A stretch of 64,000 bases of DNA, taken from assembly GCA_039024555.1 (NCBI GenBank), contig JBCCQQ010000003.1, forward strand, positions 64,001-128,000, read 5' to 3'. Origin of the DNA: Cyanobacteria bacterium P01_D01_bin.156 (GTDB lineage Bacteria > Cyanobacteriota > Cyanobacteriia > Phormidesmidales > Phormidesmidaceae). How positions within the stretch are numbered: position 1 is the stretch's first letter; every line of letters begins with the position of its first letter. The position numbers were made by a program, and so were the translations under genes. Of the stretch, positions 10,490 through 21,268 are shown piece by piece. Below the pieces are notes generated by a model, which saw only the letters and a list, made by a program, of their open reading frames with translations, was not told the origin of the DNA and did no database searches.

Positions 10490-13360
10490 TTGAGTTCTGA
10501 AAGACCCACTCTGCTAATCATCGATGGCCACTCCCTAGCGTTTCGCTCCTATTACGCCCACGCTAAAAGCCGTGACGGCGGATTGCGTACATCTACAGGA
10601 ATTCCCACCAGTGTCTGCTTTGGTTTTCTCAAATCCATGAGCGACATGATGGTGGTGGAAAAACCCGATTATGCAGCGGTTGCCTTTGACTTAGCACAAC
10701 CTACGTTTCGCCACGAAGCTGCCGAAACGTATAAGGAAGGTCGGCCTGAAGCACCAGAGGATTTTCTGGAGGATGTGGAAAATCTAAAACAGTTATTGGC
10801 GGGCTTTAAGCTTCCGATTCTAACGGCTCCTGGGTTTGAAGCAGATGATGTCATTGGGACCCTCGCAACTAAAGCAGAACAGGAAGGTTATGCAGTACGT
10901 ATTCTTAGTGGCGACCAGGATCTTTTTCAACTCATTGATAACGATGAACATATTAAGGTGCTGCACCTAGGCAGTACCTTTGGGCGTACCAATGGGTTGG
11001 CCAAAGAGTATGGCATTCGGGAAGTTGAAGAAAAGCTCGGCATTAAACCTGCCCAGGTCATTGATTACAAGGCACTCTGTGGTGACACATCAGACAATAT
11101 TCCAGGGGTGCGCGGCATCGGTAAAAAAACAGCGGTTAAGCTGTTGATGGAGCACCAAAGTCTTGAGGGTGTTTATGCAGCTTTGTCCGAGATGAAAGGT
11201 GCGGTCAAAAAGAAGCTGGAAACAGGTAAAGAAGATGCGGACAAGTCAAAATATCTGGCCACTATTGTTACCGACATTGATTTAGATCTAGATCTAGAAG
11301 ACTGTAAATTGGAAGGCTTTGACGAAGGTGTCGTCATCCCTTTATTGAAAAATCTTGAGTTTCAGCATTTCATTAATCGTCTAAATAAGCTGCAAGAAGC
11401 ATTTGGAGGAGAAGCAAAAGATTACTCAACACCGGTATCTAACACTGTTGAGGATGATGAAATGTCATTTTTCTCAGCCGATGAGACGGATACTGCCAGC
11501 GCTGTTGAGAATATCAATATTCAACCATTGGTGGTGACAACAACTGCTCAGCTAAAAGAACTGGTGGCAAAGTTGGAGAGCCAGACAACAACTCCTGTGG
11601 CATGGGATACGGAAACAACGTCTATTGATCCACTAGATGCCGAGCTGGTGGGAATTGGCTGTTGCTGGGGTGAAGGTTCAAGTGACTTAGCATATATTCC
11701 CATAGGCCATCTTAAAGGAGAACAACTTGCATTAAACGATGTTTTGACGGCACTCAAGCCTATTCTGGAAAGTGCTGTTTATCCCAAGGCATTACAAAAT
11801 TCCAAGTATGACCGAGCTGTCTTTAAGCGGCAGGGCATTGAGCTAGCAGGGATGGTCTTTGATACGATGCTGGCCAGTTACTTAATTAATCCGGAGAATA
11901 GCCACAATCTTACCGATCTATCCCTGCGGTATTTAAACGTGGCGGCACAAAGCTATGAGGACCTAGTACCCAAGGGTAAAACCATTGCAGATATTGGTAT
12001 TGATCAGGTGGCACTTTACTGCGGTGGAGATGTGCATACGACCTATCGGTTAGTGCCTCTTTTACAAGCTGAGTTAAAGCAGGTGGATGCGATCGCTACA
12101 CTCTTCCGCGATATTGAAGTCCCCCTGGAAGCTGTGCTGGCTGACATGGAAGCAACCGGCATCCGCATCGATGAAGCGTACCTAAAACAGTTTTCCGAAC
12201 AGCTCGAAGCTGACCTGTATGAGTTACAAATTAAAGCCTACGACTACGCTGGTGAAGAATTTAACCTCAGCTCCCCTAAACAGCTCAGTGTATTACTGTT
12301 TGAAACCTTAGGGCTGAACAAACAGAAAACCCGTAAAACCAAAACCGGCTATTCCACCAACGCCGCAACCTTAGAAAAATTACAGGGTGATCATCCTGTC
12401 GTGGATTGCATCGTTAACCATCGCACTCTCGCCAAACTTAAATCCACCTATGTAGATGCTTTACCTAGGCTAGTACGAGCTGATACAGGTCGTGTTCACA
12501 CCGACTTTAACCAAGCTGTAACCGCCACAGGGCGTTTGTCATCGTCGAATCCTAATCTTCAGAATATCCCTGTCCGCACGGCCTTTAGTCGCCAGATTCG
12601 GAAAGCGTTTCTGCCACAAGAGGGTTGGTTACTAGCAGCAGCTGACTATTCACAGATAGAGCTCCGTATTTTGACCCACCTTAGTGGTGAATCGGTCTTA
12701 GTCGATGCCTATCGCAATGGAGATGATGTTCACAGTCTGACCGCACAGCTGCTCTTGGATAAGGAAGATATTTCCACGGAAGAACGCCGCATGGGCAAAA
12801 TTATTAACTTTGGTGTGATTTACGGAATGGGTGCAGTACGCTTTGCTCGAGAAATGGGTGTGAGCCGCACCGAAGCAAAATCCTTTATCGACAAATTCAA
12901 CGAGCGTTACTCGCGCATCTTTGAGTATCTGCAACAGATGCAGCGAGAGGCTATTACCCAGGGCTATGTGGAAACTATTCTCGGACGGCGGCGTTATTTC
13001 AACTTTACGAGCAACAGCTTGAAACCACTAAAAGGAAAATCTTCTGAGGAAATTGACCTCGACTATATTCGCCCCGGTGGCTACGATGCTGGTCTACTAA
13101 GAGCCGCAGCCAATGCACCCATTCAAGGCTCTAGTGCTGACATCATTAAGATCGCGATGATTCAGCTGCACGAAGTACTCAAAGGCTATCAGTCAAAGCT
13201 GTTACTACAGGTCCATGACGAACTGATATTTGAAATCCCTCCCGAGGAGTGGCCTGAACTAGAAGAAAAAATTACTCAGATTATGGAATCGGTCGTCAAG
13301 CTATCGGTACCGCTAAAAGTAGAAATCAACGCTGGTCATAACTGGATGGAAGCCAAATAG
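10490..13360 (+). CDS. polA: DNA polymerase I
   Basis: 5'-3' exonuclease (IDGHSLAFR, EADDVIGT), 3'-5' exonuclease DTETT, polymerase motifs ADYSQIELR and QVHDEL. Confidence 0.98.
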   Translation: MSSERPTLLIIDGHSLAFRSYYAHAKSRDGGLRTSTGIPTSVCFGFLKSMSDMMVVEKPDYAAVAFDLAQPTFRHEAAETYKEGRPEAPEDFLEDVENLKQLLAGFKLPILTAPGFEADDVIGTLATKAEQEGYAVRILSGDQDLFQLIDNDEHIKVLHLGSTFGRTNGLAKEYGIREVEEKLGIKPAQVIDYKALCGDTSDNIPGVRGIGKKTAVKLLMEHQSLEGVYAALSEMKGAVKKKLETGKEDADKSKYLATIVTDIDLDLDLEDCKLEGFDEGVVIPLLKNLEFQHFINRLNKLQEAFGGEAKDYSTPVSNTVEDDEMSFFSADETDTASAVENINIQPLVVTTTAQLKELVAKLESQTTTPVAWDTETTSIDPLDAELVGIGCCWGEGSSDLAYIPIGHLKGEQLALNDVLTALKPILESAVYPKALQNSKYDRAVFKRQGIELAGMVFDTMLASYLINPENSHNLTDLSLRYLNVAAQSYEDLVPKGKTIADIGIDQVALYCGGDVHTTYRLVPLLQAELKQVDAIATLFRDIEVPLEAVLADMEATGIRIDEAYLKQFSEQLEADLYELQIKAYDYAGEEFNLSSPKQLSVLLFETLGLNKQKTRKTKTGYSTNAATLEKLQGDHPVVDCIVNHRTLAKLKSTYVDALPRLVRADTGRVHTDFNQAVTATGRLSSSNPNLQNIPVRTAFSRQIRKAFLPQEGWLLAAADYSQIELRILTHLSGESVLVDAYRNGDDVHSLTAQLLLDKEDISTEERRMGKIINFGVIYGMGAVRFAREMGVSRTEAKSFIDKFNERYSRIFEYLQQMQREAITQGYVETILGRRRYFNFTSNSLKPLKGKSSEEIDLDYIRPGGYDAGLLRAAANAPIQGSSADIIKIAMIQLHEVLKGYQSKLLLQVHDELIFEIPPEEWPELEEKITQIMESVVKLSVPLKVEINAGHNWMEAK

Positions 13361-13379
13361 TTGCCTAACGTTCAAAACG

Positions 13380-13413
13380 ACATGAGGATAATCTCTCACG
13401 GTTATCCTCATGT
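13380..13413. terminator. Stem-loop between convergent polA and lepA
   Basis: Perfect 12-bp inverted repeat ACATGAGGATAA / TTATCCTCATGT with a 10-nt loop; no clear U-tract. Confidence 0.6.
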
Positions 13414-13440
13414 ATCAGCAGTATGAACTCCTAGTTCTGG

Positions 13441-15246
13441 TTAGTTTAATTTCAGGACAGCCATAAACGCTTCCTGAGGTACATCTACCGTACCAATAGC
13501 TTTTAGGCGCTTTTTACCTTTAGCCTGCTTTTTCAATAGCTTTTTCTTTCGGGAAATATCACCGCCGTAGCATTTTGACAAGACGTCCTTACGCAGGGCT
13601 GGGATACTAGCGCTGGCAATAATGCGGCTACCAATAGCGGCTTGAATCGGAATCTTAAACTGGTGTCTGGGAATAAGCTCTTTTAGCTTTTCTGCTAAAG
13701 CCTTGCCCACATAGTAGGCCTGATCGCGATGCACAATAGCAGCTAGTGGGTCTACCTTATCGCCATTAATCATTACGTCCAGTTTCACCAAGTGATTAAC
13801 GCGATAATCAATTAGCTGGTATTCCATACTGGCATACCCTCGGGAGCGAGACTTCATCTGGTCAAAGAAGTCAGTAACCACTTCTGCTAAGGGCAATTCA
13901 TACACGAGGGTAGTGCGCCCTTCCGTCAAGTATTTCATGTCCTTAAAGTCACCACGGCGAGTTTGACATAGGTCCATCAGTGTGCCAACAAACTCTTCGG
14001 GGGTGAACATTTCTACCTTGACATAGGGCTCTTCAATCTTTTCTCGTTCCTGAGGATCGGGCAGCTCACAGGGATTGTCAATATTAAGGACTTCACCTTC
14101 AATCGTGGTAACTCTATAAACCACTGAAGGAGCTGTAGTAATTAGATCTAGGTTATATTCCCGCTCCAGACGTTCTTGCACAATCTCCATGTGCAACAGC
14201 CCTAAAAAGCCACAGCGGAAACCAAACCCCATGGCGCTAGAGGTTTCGGGCTCGTATTGCAGAGCGGCATCGTTAAGCCTTAATTTTTCGAGAGCTTCGC
14301 GCAGATCTTCGTAACGGTCCGAATCTGTAGGGAACAGACCACAGAACACCATGGGATTAGCTTCTACATAACCAGGTAAAGGTTCTTCGGCCTTACGCTT
14401 AACCAGGGTAATGGTGTCACCTACACGAGCATCGGCTACAGCTTTGATAGAGGCAGAAATATAACCCACTTCCCCAGCGTGAAGTTCGTCCACTTCTACC
14501 TGATGTGGAGAAAGTACACCTAGCTCATCAATCTCATATTCCTTGCCAGACGCCATTAAGCGGATGCGATCGCGACGGCTCAATGTGCCATCCACAACTC
14601 GGAAATACACAATCACCCCACGATAGCTGTCATAGTAACTATCAAAAATCAGTGCCCGTAACGGCTTTTCTGTATTGTCTTCAGGGTCAGGAACCGTGGC
14701 TACGATAGATTCCAAAATTTCATGGACACCAATGCCTTCTTTAGCAGAGGCCAGAATGGCATTACTGCAGTCTAGGCCGACAATATCTTCAATTTCTTTC
14801 TTTACACGCTCTGGCTCTGCACCGGGTAAGTCAACCTTGTTAAGGACCGGAATGATTTCAAGGTCATTGTCTAGCGCCAGGTAGACATTAGCTAAGGTCT
14901 GAGCTTCTACACCTTGAGAAGCATCCACCACTAATAGTGCTCCTTCACAAGCAGCTAAAGCTCGCGACACCTCATAGGAAAAGTCGACATGACCTGGGGT
15001 ATCGATCAAATTCAGGACATACTGCTCACCATCATCGGCTTTGTAATTCATACGAGCCGCTTGCAGCTTAATAGTGATGCCCCGCTCCCGCTCCAAATCC
15101 ATGGTGTCTAGAACTTGGGATTTCATATCCCGCTCGCTAATCGTCTTAGTGTCCTGCAACAAGCGATCGGCCAGCGTAGACTTGCCATGATCGATGTGGG
15201 CAATGATTGAAAAATTGCGAATGCGAGAAACAGGTACGTCGGTCAT
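13441..15246 (-). CDS. lepA: Translation elongation factor 4 (LepA)
   Basis: [29 protein letters not shown]-terminal [14 protein letters not shown]; start taken at MTDVPV. Confidence 0.98.
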   Translation of the reverse strand: MTDVPVSRIRNFSIIAHIDHGKSTLADRLLQDTKTISERDMKSQVLDTMDLERERGITIKLQAARMNYKADDGEQYVLNLIDTPGHVDFSYEVSRALAACEGALLVVDASQGVEAQTLANVYLALDNDLEIIPVLNKVDLPGAEPERVKKEIEDIVGLDCSNAILASAKEGIGVHEILESIVATVPDPEDNTEKPLRALIFDSYYDSYRGVIVYFRVVDGTLSRRDRIRLMASGKEYEIDELGVLSPHQVEVDELHAGEVGYISASIKAVADARVGDTITLVKRKAEEPLPGYVEANPMVFCGLFPTDSDRYEDLREALEKLRLNDAALQYEPETSSAMGFGFRCGFLGLLHMEIVQERLEREYNLDLITTAPSVVYRVTTIEGEVLNIDNPCELPDPQEREKIEEPYVKVEMFTPEEFVGTLMDLCQTRRGDFKDMKYLTEGRTTLVYELPLAEVVTDFFDQMKSRSRGYASMEYQLIDYRVNHLVKLDVMINGDKVDPLAAIVHRDQAYYVGKALAEKLKELIPRHQFKIPIQAAIGSRIIASASIPALRKDVLSKCYGGDISRKKKLLKKQAKGKKRLKAIGTVDVPQEAFMAVLKLN

Positions 15247-15667
15247 GGAAGGCAAAAATCCAGGGATGTTATCTAGAAGCGCTTAGCTTATCTTAATGCT
15301 TCATTTCAATACTTTGATGACTCATCAGCTGAGCAGATACTCTTAATACAGTCGTGAGGGCATTGGTTATTGAAATATTCAGTGTAAGTTCGATGGTTTT
15401 GGAGTGCTACCGGGAAAATATTGGACGTAGGGATGACCATTAATAAATCCCGTGACAAGATGAAAAGAAAAAGGAAAGCTTACCCACGAACGGGGATGGT
15501 GAGCTTGCTTCCTCAGTTACCTCAATGCTCTGGATAGCTGGCATAGCTTGACAACGTTGGCAGATGTAATGCTGCTAACTGAGCAAGATAGGTGTGGATG
15601 TTTCTGATCTGGACAGGGAAAACTCGTAAGCAGTATTAGAAATAGGGCCTGTAATTTCTTCCGGACT

Positions 15668-17461
15668 ATGCGATCGCAATTAACAGCTGACTCAGAGCCT
15701 ATGGTCGTTCCCGCTAAAGTTGATAATTCGACCCTCGAAGTCATTCACGATCCCGATGGTCAAATTATTTCTATTAAATGGCCTCAAACGCTCCAAGAGG
15801 CCCCAGATAGCTATCTTTACGAATCTATTAGTAAATTATTTGGCCCAGTAGCTTCTGTCCCATATTTACAGCGTGTTACTCAAGTCCTCACGGATGGAGA
15901 GCAACAACGCTTTCAATGTGTTGTCCGGTGTGGGCCACATCCAGTGGGGCTAGAGTTTATTTTGGACATCGCTGAAGGCTTCGATGGTCTAGGCCAGCGT
16001 TATCTCCGAGGCAAAGGCTCCATCTTATCGGTGGCCGGGGCTGTGATGATGCCTCTCCATTTAAATACCATTGGTATAGTGGCGGCTCCAGCCTCCAACG
16101 CCCAAGCCGGATTACTCGCAAATCTTTCCAATTACCATGGTGTGCTTACGAATATCGCATCTAATATTCGTAAAACCCTCGACCTTGAAACCATTTGGCA
16201 ACAGACCGTAGATGGTCTTGGCTCGCTTTTAGATTTACATCGCTGCTTGGTCTGTGACTATTCCGTAGCGATGCAAACCCTTGATGTCGTTGCTGAGTTC
16301 TCTCAGCCTGAGCTTCAGCCCTGTCTCGGGCAAACTTTTGAACTGGCTGCGAAGGATGACTTTCGCTGCACCATCAATACCCTGAAGCCGGTAATGTCAG
16401 ATTTTGACCGGGAAGATATAGATCAGGGACCCTACACAGTTTTAACAGTAGCCACCTGCTATCGCGACGAACCGAACAGCGTTCTTTTACTGCAAATGCC
16501 ACCCGAACGACCGTGGCACCCGCTGGAGATTGAACTTGTTAATGAACTTACCGATCAGGTAGGCACTGCCATTGCCCACGCCAAACTCTTTCAGGCCAGC
16601 CGTACATTAGCAGACGATCTGCAGCGAGCGAACGAAAAACTCATCGATAAGAATGATGAGCTTGAAGAAGCCAGACGATACGCAGAGGAAGCATCTCGTC
16701 TTAAGAGTGAATTTTTGGCAAATACCTCCCACGAGCTTCGCACCCCCCTTAACGGCATGATCGGTTTTCTCCGATTGGTGCTAGACGGCATGGCCGATGA
16801 TCCAGATGAACAGGAAGAATTTATTGAAGAAGCCCATAAGTCTGCCCTACATCTGCTCAATCTAATTAACGATGTGCTGGATATCGCCAAAATTGAAGCC
16901 GGCAAAATGGAGATTGACCTGAGTGCCGTCAGCCTGCAGGAGCTATTTTCTGATGTGGAAAACTTTACACGTCCCCAGGCAGAGCAGCGAGGATTAGATT
17001 TCAATATCAAGCTGCCTGCCACCTTAGATGAAATTAAGCTGTACGGAAACTACCAGCGGATTTTACAAGTTCTGCTGAATTTAATTGGCAATGCCATCAA
17101 ATTTACTCCTGAGGGAGGAGTCACCATTAAAGCCGAAGTGAAGCCCCAGGAAATTCGATTTCAAAATCGAATTTGGCCTGGGCATATCAAAATTAGCGTA
17201 GAGGATACTGGTATCGGTGTCTCCTTAGAAAAGCAAAATCGGCTCTTTCAGACCTTTAGCCAAGTAGATGGAGAACGTACACGGCAGTACGGCGGTACTG
17301 GATTAGGGTTAGCCATCTCCCAGCGCTTAATAGAAGCTATGGGAGGCAAAGTTCAGTTTATTAGCATGGGCGAAGGTTTAGGCTCTACGGTGACCTTCAC
17401 CGCCATCCTCTATCAAGAACCAGTGATTATTCCTGAAACAGAGGACAAACAGACAGCCTGA
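15668..17461 (+). CDS. GAF-domain sensor histidine kinase
   Basis: GAF (IRKTLDLETIWQQTV...QVGTAIAHA), H-box SHELRTPLN, NAIKFT, DTGIG, GGTGLGL. Confidence 0.9.
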   Translation: MRSQLTADSEPMVVPAKVDNSTLEVIHDPDGQIISIKWPQTLQEAPDSYLYESISKLFGPVASVPYLQRVTQVLTDGEQQRFQCVVRCGPHPVGLEFILDIAEGFDGLGQRYLRGKGSILSVAGAVMMPLHLNTIGIVAAPASNAQAGLLANLSNYHGVLTNIASNIRKTLDLETIWQQTVDGLGSLLDLHRCLVCDYSVAMQTLDVVAEFSQPELQPCLGQTFELAAKDDFRCTINTLKPVMSDFDREDIDQGPYTVLTVATCYRDEPNSVLLLQMPPERPWHPLEIELVNELTDQVGTAIAHAKLFQASRTLADDLQRANEKLIDKNDELEEARRYAEEASRLKSEFLANTSHELRTPLNGMIGFLRLVLDGMADDPDEQEEFIEEAHKSALHLLNLINDVLDIAKIEAGKMEIDLSAVSLQELFSDVENFTRPQAEQRGLDFNIKLPATLDEIKLYGNYQRILQVLLNLIGNAIKFTPEGGVTIKAEVKPQEIRFQNRIWPGHIKISVEDTGIGVSLEKQNRLFQTFSQVDGERTRQYGGTGLGLAISQRLIEAMGGKVQFISMGEGLGSTVTFTAILYQEPVIIPETEDKQTA

Positions 17462-17501
17462 TTGATGAGAATGCCTGAGTGACCGGAAGCCATTAAGGCT
17501 C

Positions 17502-18407
17502 TCACAAATATTTAGGCCGTTCCTGCTGTCCGACACTCAAGTGATTTTGCAGCGCTTCCCACTGTTCCGCCTCAATTAAGGTGATCACATCATCCAACTG
17601 ATGCCTGTATCGCTGCAGCATCTTAAGTAAGGCAGGTCGGTTATATTGGGCCATCATCGTACCCAATTCTGGATTACCGCCACCGACCCGACTGGTGTCA
17701 CAAAAACCACTACTCGCAAGGTGTTGTGCCAACTCTTTTACCTGCGGATCGACTTCAGCCAAACAGGTGTGGAGCAAACTGGAACTCACCATCACTGGCA
17801 AATGAGAAATCGCTGCAACAGCTTGGTCATGGGCTGTAGGAGTCGCTGTATAAATCTGAGCCTGCAGCTGGGACGCGATCGCAACAACTTTCTCAGTGGC
17901 ATCTCCATGAGTCGCGGCAACAGGGGTCACAACATAAGGGCGTTGACAAAATAGACCAGCTTCAGCAGCAGCTAAACCAGCCTCAGCTTTACCAGCCATT
18001 GGATGCCCACCCACAAACCTTGGCCATAAAGCCGTAGCTGCAGCCACAATCTCCTGTTTCACAGACCCTACATCCGTCACAATCGTAGACGAGGGCAAAT
18101 GCTCAGCCAGCTGCTTAACCGTTGGCACAATCGCGGCCATCGGTGTACACACAAAAACCATCTCGGCTTTAGCCATCAACCTCAGATCACAACTTGCCTG
18201 TGTAACCACTCCCTGCTCTACAGCAGCATTGACAGTCACCTCCCGTCGAGCTACTCCATACACCTGATATCCCAAATGCTTCAGATCCATAGCTAGACAG
18301 CCGCCAATCAGCCCTAACCCGACGATACCAATGGCAGAATCTTTCTGAGGAGCTGTCGTATTAATAGAGAGCAAAGACATAGAGATATATAAGAAATAGG
18401 ATTGCAA
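17502..18407 (-). CDS. tyrA: Prephenate/arogenate dehydrogenase
   Basis: GLGLIGG, TDVGSVK, GGHPMAG, HD..VAAISHLP, SSGFCDTSRV; true start may be at 18380. Confidence 0.92.
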   Translation of the reverse strand: MQSYFLYISMSLLSINTTAPQKDSAIGIVGLGLIGGCLAMDLKHLGYQVYGVARREVTVNAAVEQGVVTQASCDLRLMAKAEMVFVCTPMAAIVPTVKQLAEHLPSSTIVTDVGSVKQEIVAAATALWPRFVGGHPMAGKAEAGLAAAEAGLFCQRPYVVTPVAATHGDATEKVVAIASQLQAQIYTATPTAHDQAVAAISHLPVMVSSSLLHTCLAEVDPQVKELAQHLASSGFCDTSRVGGGNPELGTMMAQYNRPALLKMLQRYRHQLDDVITLIEAEQWEALQNHLSVGQQERPKYL

Positions 18408-18511
18408 TCACCTCAAAGGATGGAGGCACGTAGTTAGTCTGTCAGCGATAAACCAAACGCCCCAAGGGAGTATGTCACAATGAGACACAGCTAGCGAGAG
18501 TCACCGTCCAC

Positions 18512-20080
18512 GTGATTGAAGCAGAGGTTCACCAGCTACTTCGACAATTTTTACGCCAGCAGGGCCACAATCAGTGGCCCCACCATTTGACAATGGCACG
18601 GCTGGTAGCAAGAGCCCTGCGCCTTGGCCGGAGTGCCTTATTGCAAACGGGCAGCACTGCGGCCTATCGAGGTCGGTATCGCCTAAGCTATTTGTTACCA
18701 GCTTTAGTATGGCCAGGCCCTATCGTTTTGGTCGTGCCACAAGCGATTCATCAACAGCTAATACAAGATGAGATTCCAACGCTGTTACAAACCATACCCA
18801 CCATCAAGTCTATTCAGGTTGGCGATTATTGGCCCAGCGAAACCTTTCAAGGCATTTTGATTACAACACCTAGGGCCTGGTTATCGGCTCAGCTAGAGGC
18901 CACCGCCCAAGAACATCAGTGTCCTAGGTTGGCAAATGCATTTCCTACAGATGTTGTGACTGTCATTGACGGTATTGATTCCCTGCTTGACTGGGTGCGT
19001 GCTGAATTGACGTGCAGCCTGGATGATAACGATTGGCATGAGCTAGGGCTGGCTTATTCTGCTTGCCAAGCCATCATTCGTAATTTACGGGTTAAGCTGA
19101 CTCACTTAGCATTTCAGCATCCAGAAAATCCCTACAACTGCTACCTCGCTGATACAGCGGAGTACGCTGCACTATCGGAACTATATGACACACTGGCCGA
19201 TACTCCTTTAGGGCTGGAGGCACTTCCCAAAATTTGGCAGCAGTTACATCAACAGCTATTCGCACAGTCAGAAAGTATGACCTGGGTGCAGCTGAATCGC
19301 GATTCTGGCCAGGTCACCTTAAACTGTGCTCCAGTCAATTTAGCGCATAGGCTTAAACCTGTTTGGCAGCGTCAGCCCGTCGTATTGATTGGAGCTGCCG
19401 TCGATGAAGAACCGAGAGCAGAAAATTATCGACAACGATTAGGACTAGAGGACCTTACCTGTCTCAAATTCACTCCCGATCGTCATCAAGACGGCATTTT
19501 ACTCTACGCACCTGATCGCCTCCCAATGCCCAATAGCCATGAATTCTCCCAAGCAGCATTACAGGAGATTCGGACCCTATTACAGCTACCTGAATCTCGC
19601 CATCAGCTAACGGTTATTTTGGTCGGCGACAATCCTTTGAAGACACAAATGGGCTCGATCTTGGCCGCTGAGTATGGCTCAAGGGTGCAAGTAGAGCGCA
19701 CAGAGTTAACAGACAACGGCATTTTGGTCACTGGTTGGGAGTTTTGGCAAGACTATCGGCTCCGCTGTCCATCCCCAGGCTTATTAATTATCACAACATT
19801 ACCCATACCGTCCTTAGAAAATCCTCTAGTCGCCGGACAAGTTGCTTATTACAAGCAGCGGCGACTAGATTGGTTTCGATTATTCCTGCTACCAGCGGCA
19901 TTACAGACGCTCCAGCTTGCGATCGCACCCATTAGCGCCCAACAGGGTAAAGTAGCCTTGCTAGATAATCGCCTTAACCACCGTAGCTATGGACGAACTA
20001 TCCTGACAACTTTGGATCCAATCACCCAAAGCACATATCTAGATACCCATTGGATTTCCCCTGTGAATCAAGCGCTATAA
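18512..20080 (+). CDS. Cyanobacterial DinG-like helicase C-terminal domain protein
   Basis: Conserved N-terminus MIEAEVH...WPHHLTMARLVARALR and C-terminal LPIPSLENPLV...LLDNR..RSYG; Walker motifs degenerate. Confidence 0.75.
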   Translation: MIEAEVHQLLRQFLRQQGHNQWPHHLTMARLVARALRLGRSALLQTGSTAAYRGRYRLSYLLPALVWPGPIVLVVPQAIHQQLIQDEIPTLLQTIPTIKSIQVGDYWPSETFQGILITTPRAWLSAQLEATAQEHQCPRLANAFPTDVVTVIDGIDSLLDWVRAELTCSLDDNDWHELGLAYSACQAIIRNLRVKLTHLAFQHPENPYNCYLADTAEYAALSELYDTLADTPLGLEALPKIWQQLHQQLFAQSESMTWVQLNRDSGQVTLNCAPVNLAHRLKPVWQRQPVVLIGAAVDEEPRAENYRQRLGLEDLTCLKFTPDRHQDGILLYAPDRLPMPNSHEFSQAALQEIRTLLQLPESRHQLTVILVGDNPLKTQMGSILAAEYGSRVQVERTELTDNGILVTGWEFWQDYRLRCPSPGLLIITTLPIPSLENPLVAGQVAYYKQRRLDWFRLFLLPAALQTLQLAIAPISAQQGKVALLDNRLNHRSYGRTILTTLDPITQSTYLDTHWISPVNQAL

Positions 20081-20112
20081 TTATGTCGACGCTACAAAAT
20101 CCATAGTGAACC

Positions 20113-20328
20113 ATGGGAGAGGCAAAACGACGGCAGTCAAAATTAGGCAATGATTACGGCCAGCCTGATCGTATTTTTCCTTGGCTACCCGTTACGAAGC
20201 AGCAATCCGAAGCTTTTGTCGCTTGGACCACTCGTGGAGCATGGCTAGGAATTGCAGGGATGATTTTGTTTTGGCTCACTGTTCGATTTATTGGCCCCGC
20301 ATTGGGTTGGTGGACCTTAGCCAACTAA
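20113..20328 (+). CDS. DUF2839 family small membrane protein
   Basis: MGEAKRR N-terminus and VRFIGPALGWW C-terminus. Confidence 0.85.
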   Translation: MGEAKRRQSKLGNDYGQPDRIFPWLPVTKQQSEAFVAWTTRGAWLGIAGMILFWLTVRFIGPALGWWTLAN

Positions 20329-20808
20329 AAAATCTAAATTTCCTAAAAATAATGAGTAAAGATCTTCTTTTTTGCTGGAAACCGTTACAAAGGAGACCTT
20401 CTACCTAGACAGATGGTTCTAAGGTAGCTAATGTATGGCAAATGTCAGATTTTTTTAACTATCATCAATTCAGACATGATGAGGAAGTCCTAATCATTGT
20501 CTACTGACTTTTGATTTATTCCTTATCAGACCTTTTATATTGATTATCCTGCTTCTGCTACAGCAAAGCTGGGTAATTTGATTACATCATTTCGAAGTGC
20601 ATATCTTTGGAATGAGTAGTTAACTGGTTCAGAGGTATTTTATGGCATTGTCCACAGGTTAAATTCTCTGAAGAAGATAGATTGCTTCACCTGAATTTGT
20701 GATGTTGAGCGTGAAGGTTAAGAAGAGCTAATCAAAGAGTTCATAAAAAATATTAAGCAAAATTTAAGATTGAACCTTACAATGTGACCGGTGGGAAGGA
20801 GAACGCAA

Positions 20809-21150
20809 ATGTTTGTTCGACTTGCAGAGCAGCACCGCCAATTCGTTAAAGATTTGGTCCTTAATCTCAAGGCGTTGGCTATTGTCCTGGAAAATCAGGG
20901 CTATTTAGCGTCTTGTTATACATGCGGTGATCAGCTCAATAGTGCTTCATTTATGGTCAGCCTTGGCAATGACCATCTAATTCGTTTTCTCGTATCAGAC
21001 TACGGGATCACATGGACAGAGATGCGTGATGATCGTGAACTCATGAAGTTGGAGGGCGCCGAAGCCATTAATCAGCTGCAAGAGTTGGCAAACTTGGTGA
21101 AATATCGTATTCAGCCTGTTGAGTATCAGGTAGCTTACCGCTCTGCCTAA
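20809..21150 (+). CDS. DUF1815 family protein
   Basis: MFVRLAEQHRQFV...ASCYTCG...HLIRFLVSDYGITWTE; AGGAG RBS before ATG 20809. Confidence 0.85.
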   Translation: MFVRLAEQHRQFVKDLVLNLKALAIVLENQGYLASCYTCGDQLNSASFMVSLGNDHLIRFLVSDYGITWTEMRDDRELMKLEGAEAINQLQELANLVKYRIQPVEYQVAYRSA

Positions 21151-21192
21151 GGCAGGTACTCTTGAGATCAGATTGTAAGTTCGTCGATAAAC

Positions 21193-21206
21193 GTAATCTA
21201 TGTTAC
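21193..21206. promoter_or_regulatory. Putative NtcA binding site
   Basis: GTAATCTATGTTAC = GTA-N8-TAC, intergenic, about 60 bp upstream of the hydrolase gene. Confidence 0.45.
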
Positions 21207-21268
21207 AAGAGTAATAGTGGCTCTAAGTTAAGTGATAGGCCACTCAATGCTTTTTTGGAGCCACACTG

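Noticed and set aside
20759..20771. Shared AAAATTTAAGATT motif upstream of DUF1815 and (reverse strand, near 48120) the small membrane gene
   Set aside because: AT-rich word that could recur by chance; needs genome-wide statistics
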